A program made the position numbers and the translations under genes. A stretch of 64,000 nucleotides of DNA from positions 57,660,001-57,724,000 of the forward strand of contig NC_058376.1 in NCBI RefSeq assembly GCF_018350175.1, in the 5' to 3' direction. The number at the start of each line of letters is the position of its first letter. Within the stretch, counting starts at the first letter, position 1. Below, one piece after another: positions 25,131 to 39,251 of the stretch. This DNA is from Felis catus (Eukaryota). The notes beneath the pieces were generated by a model. The model made no database searches. It saw only the letters and a list, made by a program, of their open reading frames with translations, and was not told where the DNA came from.

Positions 25131-25322
25131 TTTTTAATGGTTATTCATTTTTGAGAGAGCGTTAGCAAGCAGGGCTGGGGCAGAGAATGAGGGACGAGAG
25201 GATCTGAAGCAGGCTCTGGTCTGATAGCAGTGAGCCCTATGCAGGGCTTGAACTCATGAACTGTGAGATCATGACCTGAGCTAAAGTTGGACGCTCAACC
25301 AACTGAACCACCCAGATGCCCC
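25131..25322 (-). mobile_element. CAN-SINE
   Basis: TSD taggataccaaattt (25116-25130) / taggatatcaaattt (25323-25337). Confidence 0.92.
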
Positions 25323-25339
25323 TAGGATATCAAATTTTG

Positions 25340-25620
25340 ACAGTTACCATATTTCATCAAATGTAAGAGGTCATTGATTAAGAGATACACTATGATTTTA
25401 TATGCCATTAAGGAAGAGAAAAAAACTGTGACAGTACTTTCCTATCACCTAGAATTTTTACTTTATGTGTATTGACTTATTTTATATTTGTTGGACTTTT
25501 ATTTCATACTTACCAATATTATATTCATGGATTTTTAAAAATCATCATAACTTGTGTGCATCCATGAAAAGCAAAATATAAGTGGAAAAATGGTTAAGGT
25601 ATTCCTACTACTTCCTCATA
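25340..25620. mobile_element. Probable Tc1/mariner-class DNA transposon remnant
   Basis: taccatatttcatcaaatgtaagag...ggttaaggtattcc resembles recalled TcMar consensus; family unresolved. Confidence 0.4.
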
Positions 25621-25694
25621 TTCAGGGTCCTTCTTCTTTTATTGCTTTTTGCCTCAATGCTTGGAAGAGCTCTTTGATGCTTTCTTTCTTAAAA

Positions 25695-25870
25695 GATGTC
25701 TTTATAACAGAGGGAATATAGTTAATATAGTTATGATAACTTTATACGATTACAGCTGGTAACAACACTTACTGTGATGAACACTTTGTAGTATATAATT
25801 GTCAAATGACTCTGTTGTACAACTGAAACTAACATCATATGTCAATTATACTTAAATTTAAAAAAAAAAG
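25695..25870 (+). mobile_element. L1 3' end fragment, sense orientation
   Basis: gggaatatagttaat...ttgtacaactgaaactaacatcatatgtcaattatacttaaatttaaaaaaaaaa. Confidence 0.75.
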
Positions 25871-25871
25871 A

Positions 25872-26384
25872 TGTATTATAGTTTCCAAGACCACCCTTAG
25901 ATTCAGTAATTCTCTAAGAAGACTCTTAGGACTCAGCCTAGATTTGTACTCAAGGCTATGATTTATTACAGTAAAAGCTCCCACAATAAGCAAAGGTCAT
26001 GAGGTAGAGTCTGGGGAGAACTGGGCACAAGCTTCCAGAGCTCTCTCCCACTGGAGTCCAACAGGAATGACTTGTGATGACATGGGTGAAGTGTTTCCAA
26101 CCATGGAATCTCATTAAGGATTCCATGAAGAGAATTTTTATTGGAGACTGATCATGTTGGCACTCCTTGCCTAGCATATACCCAAATTTCAGATTCTTAG
26201 AAGGAAAGCAGGTGTTCATCAACTGTTTGTACAAAACAGTTTAGGCACAGTGAGCCGCTATTATCAATTAATGGTGGGAACTTTCCCAAATAGTGATTCC
26301 TCATCACTAGCCAAAGGTCATCCTTGCATGAAGGCCTTTTTATGGATAGCAGTTTAGGCTCACTGTGTTAACTCTTTATTGCAC
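25872..26384. mobile_element. MER21-like solo LTR
   Basis: ccaagaccacccttagattc...gcacaagcttccagag...ends ctgtgttaactctttattgcaca, matching recalled MER21. Confidence 0.7.
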
Positions 26385-27125
26385 AAAACCATTGTCTCTG
26401 AGATTTTTCTTACCAGCCTCTAGTATCCATTCTAGAAGTTTTTATTCCGGTGCTATCCTGATCTTACTAGAAGAAATTAGTGGAACATATAATTCTTATT
26501 GCTTAAAGGTCATAGGTCATAGAGTTGCCTATCATCAATCAGGCTAATAGGAATAATAACCAAGTTTGCATATATACAGGCCAATTTCAGAGATGGAAAA
26601 GATCTGCATCTTGGAGACAGTGGAAAAAAAGTAACTAAAACCTGCTTTTTTTTTTTTTTTTTGAGATTGTTTGCTATATTGAATGCTAAATTAAAGAGCT
26701 TAACTGGATTCAAAGGATAGTGAGTATTTGCTGCTGAGATTATTTTGATGGAAATTAGGATAGAAGAGAGTAGGGTGATAGGATTATAGTATAAATTGGG
26801 GGGGGTGGTCTAGTGTTGTCCGTCTTTTGTCCAGAATGCAGAAGAAAGGCCAAATTGCAAACAGTGCTGAAAATGACTGTAGACATCTAGTGTGATAATA
26901 CTCAGCCCCCTTTTTCCATTTTCTTTCCCTTTCAACAGTTTTATATGTATAAAAGTGAATTGCTCTGATAGAAATTCTAAGCACTGTCCTTTGAAATATT
27001 CTTGTTGTACTCCCCCCCGCCCCAGTAAGTCTAAACATCTCTGTTTCCATGTGTATGGTCACTACTCTCATTCTGGGGTTCTGGGCATTTATTGTCTCAT
27101 GCTTACTTTAGTTGCAGTAACCTCC

Positions 27126-27517
27126 TGTTAGTTTCCTAGGACTACTGTAACAAATTATTAAAAAACTTGGTGGCTTAAAACAACAAATGTATTTTCTTGC
27201 AGTTCTGGAGTACCTGAGTCCAAAATCCAGATGTCCACAGTGCAACATTCCCTCCAGAAAGCTCTCTAGGGCAGATTCTTTTCCTTGCTGCTCCTAGCTT
27301 CTGGTGGCCACAGACATTCCTTGGCTGCATAACTCACTCTGCCTCCGTTTTTACATGGCCATTGCCACAGTCTGTCTTTCCCATGTTGTTTGTTACTTAT
27401 AAGGACTCTTGTTATTGAATTTAGGGCCCACTTGGATAATCCAGGATGTTCTCATCCTGAGATTTTTAATTGTATTTGCAAAGTACCTTTTTCCAAATAA
27501 GATCATAATCACAGCTT
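27126..27517 (-). mobile_element. MLT1 (MaLR) solo LTR
   Basis: tgttagtttcctaggactactgtaacaaa...ggtggcttaaaacaacaaatgtatt...gttctggag...tttccaaataagatc. Confidence 0.8.
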
Positions 27518-28006
27518 TACACTCCTAATTGCTCTTTCTGTATCTGTGGTTTTTTTCCCCCACAATTTTTTGGCTTCCTAAATATTCACTCTACAATATT
27601 ACTTCTTTTTTCTCCTGCTTGTTTATATTTTCCCTGATTTGGCTTTTAGCTCCTGACGGGTAAGGAATATTTCTCCTTGTCCTTCCTCAGCATAAAGCCT
27701 GATCAATGGAGGTAGGTGTTAAATAAGCATTAGTGAACAAAATGGATGTACAAAGAAACTGAATTAAGAATTTGCCTTTCTGGCTTCATCTCTGTTACTA
27801 AATTACCAATACTTGGGTTTTTCTGATTTTTGTAAACTCTCCTTGCATTTTATGTTTCTGTGAATCTTTTTACTGTTGTTCTCTTTTCTGTAGTGCTTTT
27901 TTCTCTGATTGGAAAAACTTACCTTGCCTAAAATCCAGCTTATTCCATTACTCCTATACAAATTTACAGAAATAAAATTAGAATCACTAGTTCAGACTTA
28001 GCAGTC

Positions 28007-28222
28007 TTTTTTTTTTTTTTTTTTTTTGATTTTAGAGAGCATGAGCAGAGTTGGGGAGAGAGGTAGATGGGGGGGGTGGGGGGAGAGAGAATGAAAATAA
28101 CTTAAGCAGGTCCACACTCAGTGATGTAGCCCGTCTTGGTACTTGATCCCATGACGCTGGGCTCATGACCTGAGCTAAAATCAAGAGTTTGACGCTCAAC
28201 TAACTGAGCCACCCAGGTGCCC
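28007..28222 (-). mobile_element. CAN-SINE, older
   Basis: T-tail, head rc ...ctgagccacccaggtgccc. Confidence 0.88.
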
Positions 28223-30367
28223 TGAAAATTTTACTTTTTAGAGGGGGTTTTCTCACTGTACAAACATTACTCATTCCTTCTCCCAAGTCAACATACTTTG
28301 GCACTCTTAAAAGCGGATATATCCCAGTTTGCCTCAGAATGTCTAGGCAACTGTTATTCTGACATAATTATCAATAATGCTCCTTCACTTCCTTTTCACT
28401 CAAAAAAATGTGTGCTTTGGCTTGGCTAACAAATTATATGGTCACTCTACCCATACCATCCATTGCCTTAGAAGCATTATTTTCTCTTCCAGATTCTCAG
28501 CTCTTGGAAATCTCAGGCTATATAGTTTTCTACATGATAGTACCAGAACTTAGTATTCAGTGAATGAAACTCAGTAAATATTTGAGCTCTTACTATGTGC
28601 CATACCTGCTGTATTTTGGTCCATATTAGCTCACTTATTTTTTCAACCTAGACTTGTCTTGTAATATCTAATCCTTTGCTGCAGTGTTTTTCACTTACCT
28701 TTCTTTCCCTTACCTAACTTTCACCTTGTAAAATCTTAACTCTAATTCAAGTGCAGCTGTAGAGATTTTTTATTCTTACCTTTCAGCTACTAGTGATGCT
28801 TGGAGAGAAAAAAAAATCATATAACCATGCAGATTGGTGCTACTATAGAATTAGGTGTTAGCTCTAACTGGACCTCAAACAATTCTAGCCGTTCTTCCTT
28901 TGGGGGTTAGTGCACACTCCCATGTTTGAATTTTTTTAAAAAAAATTACTGAAACCTTGTTAATTAGGTGATGATAGTCCCATTTTATAGGTGTTAAAAC
29001 AGGTTGAGTACCCAGGGTCACACTGGTAAAATTTAGATGCCTGTGTGTTCTTGAATCTAGGTTAGTCTGACTCCAAAGTTCTTGCTTTTTCATTCCACCT
29101 TGTTATCATTCACAATTTAAGTCTCATTCTTAGGTCTCGGAAGTAGTGTACTACTAAACCATAAACTCCATGTACTTGTTTAGAGATGCCTCTTTTATTT
29201 ACAACAGTAAATTTGAGATTTTTGGATTGTTAATGCATGTCATATGAATGTGTATAAATTTTTACATGGGTCATTATAGAAGGCTGTCATTTATGAGAAT
29301 TGATAATCACTATCTTTGAAGGACCTGTTTTTTTACAATGTGAAAAAATCTGAGAGTACGTATTCATAGGGCTTCTGTTTTTTGTGTATCACTTATAATA
29401 AGCTTAAAGTAAGTTAAAGGATCGGAAATAAATTCATTAGTATGGTTAAACAATTCTTTCATTTGAAAATTGCTAGTTATTGATTATAGATTTTACTGCT
29501 CAAATAACAGTAAAACCTAAGATAATTACTATAGTATTTGGGGTAATAAATGTTACTAGGATTAAAACTCATAATTTCATTTGTTTTTAAAAGTTGCCAC
29601 AATTTCACAGGTTGTAGTGGGATTGAAAGAGCAGATTTTTAGTAATCGTTATGAAAATCTGTTCTCCCACTACTCCACCTCTGGTCGTAGTAGTGCTGAC
29701 TTAAAACTCCAGCGCCCGGCCCGGCCCCTCCACCTTTTAATTTGAAAATCACTGAGCTTTTGAATGTCTTCACTAATATCCTTATAGGTACTAAAATTTA
29801 TTTGTAATGTGCCTCAGCATGGTGGAGTTGCCAAGATTACTTTTTGAAGCCAGAAGCTTTCTTCTTGTTTGTCTTTTGCCACTAGCTATTTAAGGGCAGA
29901 TCACCTCAAGTGTCTCTATAAAAATGAGATTAGATCAGATTTCTTCCTGATCTAAGATTCTGTGCTTCTATTCTGAAAATACAAAGGAATTTGTGCTTTT
30001 AAGCATAAACTAAAGAGAAGCTGTATTTATGTTGATTGGTTAAATCAAGATATTTTCTTTATATGAAATTTAAAGGTAGTGATTGAGAATAGAGGGTGGA
30101 AACAACATTTTACAGCATTTTGTAAAGGCTGAAGTTACTATATGAAGATAAGATGATATGATACAGTGGGATAAAATTTATATTTAGTGTTAATATATAG
30201 AAATAGTAGAGTAGAAGTTTGCTATCTCTTGCACCTGTTATTCCCTATGTTTGGTTATGTGTAAATCATTATTACAGTAATCTAACTAGTTAGAAGTTAA
30301 CTTATATTAAACTTCCATTCTGGAACTGCACTATCTAGGACTTTTCTGCCATGAAACAAATGTTATT

Positions 30368-30520
30368 CAGCTGTACTCTTGAGTAGCATAGTTACTAGCC
30401 ATGTATGGCAATTGAGCATTTGAAATATGGCTAGTGTAAATGAAAACCAGAATTTAAACTTTTATTTAATTTCAATTAATTTAAATTTAAATAGCCACTT
30501 GTGGGTAGTGGCTGGGACGG
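30368..30520. mobile_element. MER3-like hAT-Charlie fossil
   Basis: tagttactagccatgtatggcaattgagcatttgaaatatggctagtg...aatttaaatagccacttgtgggtagtggct. Confidence 0.7.
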
Positions 30521-31527
30521 TGTGATTCTAGGAATTGTTAAACATTGTGCCAAAGCATTATTAGTTCTATTTCTCTACTGTGTCATTTCTGATTACTGCC
30601 CTTTACTCATTTTGAATTCAACCTTCCCTCCAGTCTTACGTTCTGTATCTTGGCCTCATGCTGGATCTTTGATTAGCTTGCATTGGTCTTCCCAGCCTAT
30701 GAAAATCTTTAAGTCTTCAAGGCAGAGCTTAAATTCTACCTATTGCAGAGCTTTCCCTGATTCTGCTATGGCAGATGGCACTGTCTCACTATTTGTATGA
30801 CACAGGTTAAGTTTTTTTAATAACCCTTTTGATTCTTGATTTGTCATATGGAAACAAAAATTACCTATCTTACCTCATAGTATGTTTTTTAGGGGGGAGG
30901 GATGGAGTGTGGGGATCAAATGAAACAATAAAATTAAAAGTCCAATAAAATGGTATGTAAAAACAGACAATTTTTAGGACTATACAACTGTAAAGGGATG
31001 AGACATTTCATAAATGTGAAAACTGAGGTCTGAGAAATTGACTTCCCCGCTGCCTAACATTATCCACCTCACTTTATTTAGTACTTCAGTTCCAGTAATT
31101 CTTTAGCTACATTGGTTTCTATAATCCTTTCATCCTATTCTTTTTCTTCCCTTCTTGGCCAGCTGACAGTCTGTAGTCTATCATTGAAATCACTTCTTTG
31201 CCATCAAACCCTTGCTCATCTTTTATTTGTGCTAGCCTGGTAAAACTCTCAACCTGGGTTAAATCTTACAGTTTGCCCATTCCATGCCTCTACTCAGGCA
31301 AGTGAATGCTGATTAACGTCATCATAATTCAAAGGTGGTAACTGCAGGTAGTTCTTGGAACTACCACATTTTCCTAATGAGTGGTTCTTTTTTATACTCT
31401 TAAAAAATTATTGATGACTATAGCAAGCTTTTGTTAGTGTGGATCTTATCTGTCAATACTTACTTGGTTAAATATTAAAACTGAGTAATTTTTAAATGCT
31501 TTAATTCCTTCAAAAATAGTCATTACA

Positions 31528-31740
31528 GGAATGCCTGGGTGGCTCAGTCATTCAAGCCTCCGACTGGTTCAGGTCATGATCTTGTGGTTTGTGACACAAG
31601 CTTTGTGTCGGGCTCTGTGCTGACAGCTCTGAGCCTGGAGCCTGCTTCGGATTCTGTGTCTCCCTCTCTCTCTGCCCCTTCCCTGTTCATGCTCTGTGTC
31701 TTTCTCTCTCTCAAAAATAAATAAACATTTTAAAACTTTA
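31528..31740 (+). mobile_element. CAN-SINE
   Basis: TSD aaaaatagtcattaca (31512-31527) / aaaaatagtcactaca (31741-31756). Confidence 0.93.
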
Positions 31741-31787
31741 AAAAATAGTCACTACATGTCAACAAATATTTTTATGAAAAATTAGTA

Positions 31788-31964
31788 TTTTTAAAATTTA
31801 TTTATTTATTTTGAGAGAGAAAGAGTGAGAGAGAGAATCCCAAAAGGCTCCACGCTGTCAGCACTGAGCCTGACATAGGGCTTGATCACCCGAACCGTGA
31901 CACCATCACCTGAGCTGAAGTCAAGAGTTGGACTTTTAACTGACTGAGCCCCTTAGCCACCCCC
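31788..31964 (-). mobile_element. CAN-SINE
   Basis: Antisense body and head; short TSD agtatttt. Confidence 0.88.
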
Positions 31965-33086
31965 ATAAGTAAGTATTTTCTGTAAAAAATTAGTGGTAAG
32001 AGTGGTATAGTTCATTATTTTGCAAATGTCTTTAACATCTATCTTAATAACAACTGGATTTTCATACTTGCTTCTGCATTTAACCTGCTGAATATCATAT
32101 GTAGCCTCTAGAATATCCATTGTATACTCATGGCAGAACAGAATGAAAAAGATAACATTATAGAATGAGTGTGAACATAGTTTTGATTGTATTAACTCCC
32201 TGGAAAAGTCTTGGAGACTCTCAAGGGTCACACTTTGAGTACTTTTGCTTCATTCCATCTGCTCTTTCCCACAGCTGTTTCACACTTCTATCTTTTTAAG
32301 TCTCTAGACATCATCTCTTATCCTCACATGCAATCCTTTCTTTTTAAAGAGCAAACGTAAGAAGTCAGAAAAGAACTTTAGCCACCATACCTACCAATCT
32401 GTAAGGGTAGACTCTGGCAGCTACAACTGATGCACGATGGATGCCTACTGATATACCTCAGTCCTGTCCCACAGTCCCTTTTCCTCAAAGATATCACTTT
32501 AACAGCGGTCTCTTTTGTCTCATAAATTTTGTTTTTCAGTCATTTCAGTCAGCATAAATATATGCTATAATAACTCATTTAAAAAAGACTCTCCCTGATA
32601 CATAATCTCTCTTGAGCTATTGTCTCTCTTTATAGTAAAAATCATCTCAAGAGTTCTTTATATACTAAATGTTCTCCAGTTTGTCTTCTATTCTCATTTT
32701 TATATAAAACAGCTTCATTGGGTATAAGTGACCTATAATATGCTGCACCTACTTGAGGTGTACAATTTGATAAGTTTTAACAAAGATGTATGCCTTTTGA
32801 ATCATCACTACAGTGAAGATAGTGAAATGTTATATTGTGTCATCTATAAATCATCCATCTCATCTCTTCCTGTCCCCCTTCCCCTAAGCAAGCACCTGTC
32901 TGCTTTCTGTCACTGTAGTTTGCGTTTTCTGGAGTTTTATATAAATGGAATTATACTTTATGTATTTTTTTTCTATCTTCTTTCAACATAATTGTTTTGA
33001 AATACATCCATGTTGGTGCATGTTATCAGTTTATTTCCTTTTATTGTATTTGGTTATATAAATATTCCTTTTAAAATTTTTTAATA

Positions 33087-33289
33087 GGGGCACCTGGGTG
33101 CTAAGTCGGTTAAATGTCTGACTTTGGCCCAGGTCATAATCTCACGGTTTGTGAATTTGAGCCCTATGTCAGGCTCTATGCTGACAGCTCAGAGCCTGGA
33201 TCCTGCTTCAGATTCTGTGTCTCTCTCCGTCTCTCTCTGCCTTTCCCCCGCGCTCATTCTGTCTCAAAAATGAATAAACGTTAAAAAAT
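33087..33289 (+). mobile_element. CAN-SINE
   Basis: ggggcacctgggtgct...aataaacgttaaaaa; approximate TSD aaaattttt(t)aata. Confidence 0.92.
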
Positions 33290-33304
33290 AAAATTTTTAA
33301 TAGA

Positions 33305-33522
33305 CTTTATTTATTTTTAATGTATTACTTACTTTTAAGAGAGAGAATGAGTGAGTGTGGGGGAAGAACAGAGAGAGAGGGAGACACAGAATCCCAAGCA
33401 GCTTCCACGCTGTCAGCACAGAGCCTGTTGCGGGGCTTGAATCCACGCACCATGAGATCATGACCTGACCTGAACTGAAATCAAGTGTTGGGCGCTTGAC
33501 CGACTGAGCCTCCCAGGCATCC
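33305..33522 (-). mobile_element. CAN-SINE
   Basis: Antisense full-length copy with a 5-bp internal duplication (tgacctgacctga). Confidence 0.9.
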
Positions 33523-35767
33523 TGGGACTTCACTTTTTTAGAGCAGTTTTAGTTCATAGCAAAATTGAATGGATTGTACAGAGAGTTCCCATATGTACTC
33601 TCATCACCCTTCCCCCCAGTAGCCCCTACCAGCATCTTCTACCAGAGTGATACATTTGTTACAGTTGATGAACTTACATTGACATTTCATCATCATCACC
33701 CAAAGGCCATAGTTTTCATTAGGGTTCACTCTTAGTATTGTATGTTCCGTGGGTTTTGGCAAATGTATGACATGGATCCACCATCATAGTATTATGCAGA
33801 GTTAGTTTCACTGCCCTTAAAATTCTCAATATTATACCTGTTCATTTCCCCCTCCTCTCCCAACCCTTGGCAACCACTGATCTTTTTACTGTCTCCATAA
33901 TTTAGCCTTTTCCAAAATATCATATAATTGTAATTATTCAGTATGTAGCTTTTACAGATTAGCTTTTTNNNNNNNNNNNNNNNNNNNNNNNNNNNNNNNN
34001 NNNNNNNNNNNNNNNNNNNNNNNNNNNNNNNNNNNNNNNNNNNNNNNNNNNNNNNNNNNNNNNNNNNNNNNNNNNNNNNNNNNNNNNNNNNNNNNNNNNN
34101 NNNNNNNNACAAGTTTTTGGCAATTCTCAATAAAACTGCCATAAACACCCACGTGTAGATTTCTGTGTAGATGTAAGTTTTCTGGGTAAATACAATGGAA
34201 CACAATTGCTGGTTTGTAATGTAAGAGTGTATCTAGTTTTGTAAGAAACTGCCAAACTGTCTTCCATAGTGGCTGTATCAGTTTTCATTTCCACCAGTAA
34301 GGAATGGTAGTTCCTGTTGCTCCATATCCTTGTGAGCATNNNNNNNNNNNNNNNNNNNNNNNNNNNNNNNNNNNNNNNNNNNNNNNNNNNNNNNNNNNNN
34401 NNNNNNNNNNNNNNNNNNNNNNNNNNNNNNNNNNNNNNNNNNNNNNNNNNNNNNNNNNNNNNNNNNNNNNNNNNNNNNNNNNNNNNNNNNNNNNNNNNNN
34501 NNNNNNNNNNNCGGTTGGGTTGTTTTTTTTTTCTTATTATTGAGTTTTAAACGTTCTTTGGGTGTTTTGGATATTGGCCCCTTAGTATAGATGTCTTTTA
34601 CCAACACTTTCTTCCAGTCTGTGGCTTGTCTTCTCATTCTCTTGATAGTGTCTTTTGCAGAGCAGAAATTTTAATTTTGATCATGTCTAGCTTGTCNNNN
34701 NNNNNNNNNNNNNNNNNNNNNNNNNNNNNNNNNNNNNNNNNNNNNNNNNNNNNNNNNNNNNNNNNNNNNNNNNNNNNNNNNNNNNNNNNNNNNNNNNNNN
34801 NNNNNNNNNNNNNNNNNNNNNNNNNNNNNNNNNNNNNNNNNNNNNNNNNNNNNNNNNNNNNNNNNNNNNNNNNGATTCTTATTTTTGCATGTGGATGTCC
34901 AGTTGTTCCAATACCATTTGTTGAAAATAATTCTCTTTGCTCTGGTATATTGCCTTTGTTCATTTATCAGAATCTATTGATTAGAGTCGTATGAATTTAT
35001 TTCTGGGGTCTCTGTTCTGTTGATCTATTTGTCTATTCTTTCACTAGTGCCACACTGTCTTGGTTAGTGTAGTTTTATACTAAGTCTTGAGGTCATGTGG
35101 TGTTCGTCCTGTGACTTTGTTCTTCTTTTTCGATATTTTGTTGGCTATTCTGGGTCTTTTGTTTCTCCATATAGTGTTAGGATCAGTTTGTTAATATCTA
35201 CAAAGTAACTTGCTGGGATTTTGCCTGGGATTATGTTGAATCTATAGGTAATGTTGGGAAGAACTGACATCTTGACAGTATTGAGTCTTTCTACCCATTA
35301 ACATGGAATATGTTTACATTTAGTAGTTCTTCCTTGATACCCTTGATTAGTTTTGCAATTTTCCTCACATGGATCTTGTACATATTTTGTTAACATTTAT
35401 ACCCAAATGTTTCATTTTTGGGGTGCTAATGTAAATGATACTGTGTTTTTAATGTGAAATTTTACTTTTCATTGCTGGCATATAGGAAAGTGATTGTATC
35501 CTGCACCTTTGCTGTAACCACTTACTAGCTTGAAGAGTTTTTGGTCAGTTCTCATTTTCTACAGTACAAAATCATATCTGTGAACAAAGTTTTATTTCTT
35601 CTTTCCCAATCAGGATACGTTTTATTTCCTTTTCTTCTTACATTAGCTGGAATTTCTAGTATAATGTTGTAAAGGTACAACAGAGAGGCATCCTTGCCTT
35701 GTTCATGATCTTATTGGGAAAGCTTTTAGTTTCTCACCCTAAGTATGATGTTAGCTGTAGGGTTTTT

Positions 35768-36002
35768 ATTTTTTTATTTTTTATTTTCTTTAACTTTTTT
35801 TAATGTTTATTTATTTTTGAGACAGAGAGAGATAGAGCATGAACAGGGGAGGGTTAGAGAAAGGGAGACACAGAATCCGAAGCAGGCTCCAGGCTCTAAG
35901 CTGTCAATATAGAGCCCGACGCGGGGCTCGAACTCATGGACTGTGAGATTATGACCTGAGCCGAAGTCAGATGCTTAACCGACTGAGCCACTCAGGCAGC
36001 CC
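35768..36002 (-). mobile_element. CAN-SINE
   Basis: TSD tagctgtagggttttt (35752-35767) / tagcggtagggttttt (36003-36018). Confidence 0.94.
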
Positions 36003-39000
36003 TAGCGGTAGGGTTTTTAAAAATAATTGTTCTTTATCAAGTTGAGGACGATCCCTTCTCTTCCTAGTTGTGGGTATTTCTTTTTATTGCTGAATAGTGT
36101 GTGTATACTAATACATATGTATTATGTATACACTAATAGATATGTATGTGTTAGTACATACATATCTATTAATATATACANNNNNNNNNNNNNNNNNNNN
36201 NNNNNNNNNNNNNNNNNNNNNNNNNNNNNNNNNNNNNNNNNNNNNNNNNNNNNNNNNNNNNNNNNNNNNNNNNNNNNNNNNNNNNNNNNNNNNNNNNNNN
36301 NNNNNNNNNNNGGTTTTTTATCTAGGGAGTATAGACATAGGAGTGAAATGGGTGGATGATATGGTGCTTGTCTGTTGAACTTTAAGAAACTGCTGGTGTC
36401 TTCCAGTGTGGTTGTACCATTTTGCAGTTCAACCAGCAATGAGGGAGGGTTCCACTTCTTCCACATTCTCAGTCTTTTTAATTTTTGCCACTCTGATGGA
36501 TGGGTAGTGGTATCTTATTGTGGTCTTAACTTGCGTGTCCCTAATGATGTTGAGTACTTATTCATATGCTGTTTGGTGATGTGTCTCTTCAGATCTTTTC
36601 CTCATTTTTTAAATTGGCTTGTTTTCTTTTTATGAAGTTTTCAGAGGTCTTTATAAGTGTTTTGAATTCAGGTTCTTTGTCAGATATAAATCGTTTATCA
36701 AATATGTTTTGCAAAGTTTTTTTCCCCATTAAGTGGCTTGTCTTAAGAGTATATTTTGAAGAGTAGAAAATTTTTGATGAAACTCACTAATTGTGCTTTT
36801 GGTACATACCTAAGAAATATTTGCCAGTCTAAAGTACAAAAATTACATTTGCATGTCCATGTGAATTTTAAGAAAAAGAACTTGTCAAGTTTTATAAAAA
36901 TCTGATTGTATTTTGATTGGGATTGTGTTTAATCTGTAGCTAAATTTAGAAAGAATTAATGTTATAAGAATATTAAGTCTTCTGTGAGAAAAGTTTATCT
37001 TTCCATTTATTTAGGTCTTTAATTTCTCTTAGCAAATTCTGTAGTTTTAACTGTGGGTTTTTCATAACTTCTGTCAGATTTATCTCCATTTCTTGTTTTT
37101 TCTTGATGTTATTTTAAACAGCAGTGTTTTAAATCCCTCCCCACCCCATGCCCAATTTTTTCAATGCTAATACATGGAAATAAAATTGATTTTTGTATAT
37201 TGATCTTAAGTGCTATGTAAGGACTACTGTCCCTGCTTAATGCCCTTGTTATAGTAGCTTTCTTGTAGAGAATCTATCAAATTTTCCACACAGATGATTG
37301 TTTTCTGCAAATACATTTTTATTTTATTCTTTTCTAATCTAGATGCCTTTTGTTTCTTTTTCTTCCTTGATTGTACAGTGTTGGATAGAACTCAGGGAGA
37401 TTGTTTGGTTGTTAGATTCTCTCAAGGCATTGAGGCCTTGAGATTCATTCCAGGTGGTATAACGAGACCAGTTATTGGGCTTACCTTGTATGTTTACTGT
37501 CTCTCAGGATCAATATTCTTTGTTGCCTGTTGATCATTGTCTTGAAATGGTTGTTTCAAGCAAGAGGGTAAATCTTCTTACTTTTCCTTGGTTATAAGCA
37601 GAAGTCTCTATGCTCTTGTAAATCTATACCAGTCAGGCTTTTATCCTCCCCACTCACTAAGACAGTTGCTAAATTCATTGGTTACTTACTAGTCCTTCTT
37701 GTTTGGCTGATTGGTAGTATTTGGAATAATTGATCACTCTCCCTTTTCTAGGTACTTGGTTTACTTATGGTGCAAGATTCTTCGAGGTGCTTTTTCTTCT
37801 TCCCTGACTACACTCTTGTCATCTTCTTTTTTGAATTCTACTCAACTTCCAAATCTTTAAGTGTTTGAATGCACCATGGGTGAAATAGGCAAGTCCAAAA
37901 CTGCAGTTCTGAACTCCTCTCTACCTCGGACCCTTAAAAATGCTACACTTGCTAATCTCATTTTGGTAAATGTCAGCTCTATCATTTCATTTGCTCAGGC
38001 CATAACTATGGACTAATTTTGGCCTTTCTATTTCTCTTAGGCCCAGTGTTTTGTTCCACCAGGAATCCTGTTTGTTTTTCTTTCACAATACAGTATATCC
38101 AGAATTGTGTTTAACTCTGCTTAACACTACCACTTTGATTATCCTGATTCAAACCCCATCTTCTCTCCTGCATCAAGAAAAGGCAATGATGGTACCCTAA
38201 AGTAATCGCTGTTACTTTCCTTTATTTTCCTCCTTGGTTCTTACTATCTGATATCTTATTTTAATTCTTTTTCTCCAATTAGAATTTAAACTTCATAAAG
38301 ACAGGGACATCTCTTCACTACTATTTCCAGTACTTAGAACAGTGCCTGGCACAAAAGTACATACCTAATTCATACTGATAAATAAATGTCCTGGGTTTTC
38401 TCATCCGGTTTGTCCTTAGGACAAACTGATCCCGTGATCCCAGAGTTACTCTTTCTAGTTAAAACATGACACGAAGCTGGAGATTCTTTCATATTCTAAT
38501 AGTATTAGAATTTGCAGTTATTCATAGATTTTACATTCTATTTAATTAACTTGACTTCATTTTTCTATGCTTATTACTGTTTTGAGTATTGTTTGGGTAT
38601 TTTATAGAAAAGAATTTTTTGTTACATTTTCAAGGCTGATGTGGCTTAAACATTTATTACTTTAAAACAATTCAGATTAATTATTGAATGTAGTAGTGAT
38701 AAATCTGATTCATCTAAACTTTAAGTATGCTGAAATTGTTGAGAATAACTCTGTTAGTTTCTTAAAAATGTGTACTTACTTCAGTTGTTGCTTTAAAAAA
38801 ATTATTCTAAATTCTGAGGAGTCTGAAAGGATCCATACCTTTTTGGAAGTATTGTTTGTAGTTGAACATAGAGTATAATAAACAATTGATTTAGAGAATA
38901 TTTGCATATACCTATTTTGTAGATGGTAAGTAACATTTAGAAGATCCTGGGACCTAAAATGGACAAGATACCTGCTGTTTCCATAGGTTGAGAAATGAGA

Positions 39001-39045
39001 TGTGGTAACAAAAAATAGTATCACAGTATTAAAAAAGGTAGTATT

Positions 39046-39251
39046 CGGGCATCTGGGTGGCTCAGTTAGGCATCTGACTGGATTTCTGCTTAGATCATGA
39101 TCTCTGGTTCATGAGTTTGAGCCCTGCATCAGACTTTGCACTGACAGAGGGATTCTCTCTTTCTCTGTCTCTCTCTCTCTCTCTCTGTGTTCCTCCTCCA
39201 CTTGTTCTCTCTCTTTCTCTCTCTCAAAATAAAAAATTAAAAACATTTTTT
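39046..39251 (+). mobile_element. CAN-SINE, older
   Basis: TSD aaaggtagtatt at 39034-39045 and 39252-39263. Confidence 0.9.

Larger units (their letters stand above)
31345..32242. mobile_element. Charlie1-like hAT DNA transposon remnant hosting two SINEs
   Basis: ttttgcaaatgtctttaacatct...ttctgcatttaacctg...aagggtcacactttgag matches recalled Charlie1a/b. Confidence 0.65.
32700..37380 (-). mobile_element. Nested old L1 cluster (L1MB/L1MC-like) containing four N-gaps and three SINEs
   Basis: Antisense L1 3' motifs at 32700 and 33530 (ttttagagcagttttagttcatagcaaaattg); decayed ORF2 peptides in the ORF track (e.g. LFSTNGIGTTGHPHAK; MRRQATDWKKVLVKDI). Confidence 0.75.

Noticed and set aside
33792-36466. 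ORFs containing long X runs
   Set aside because: Artefacts of N-gaps within L1 remnants.
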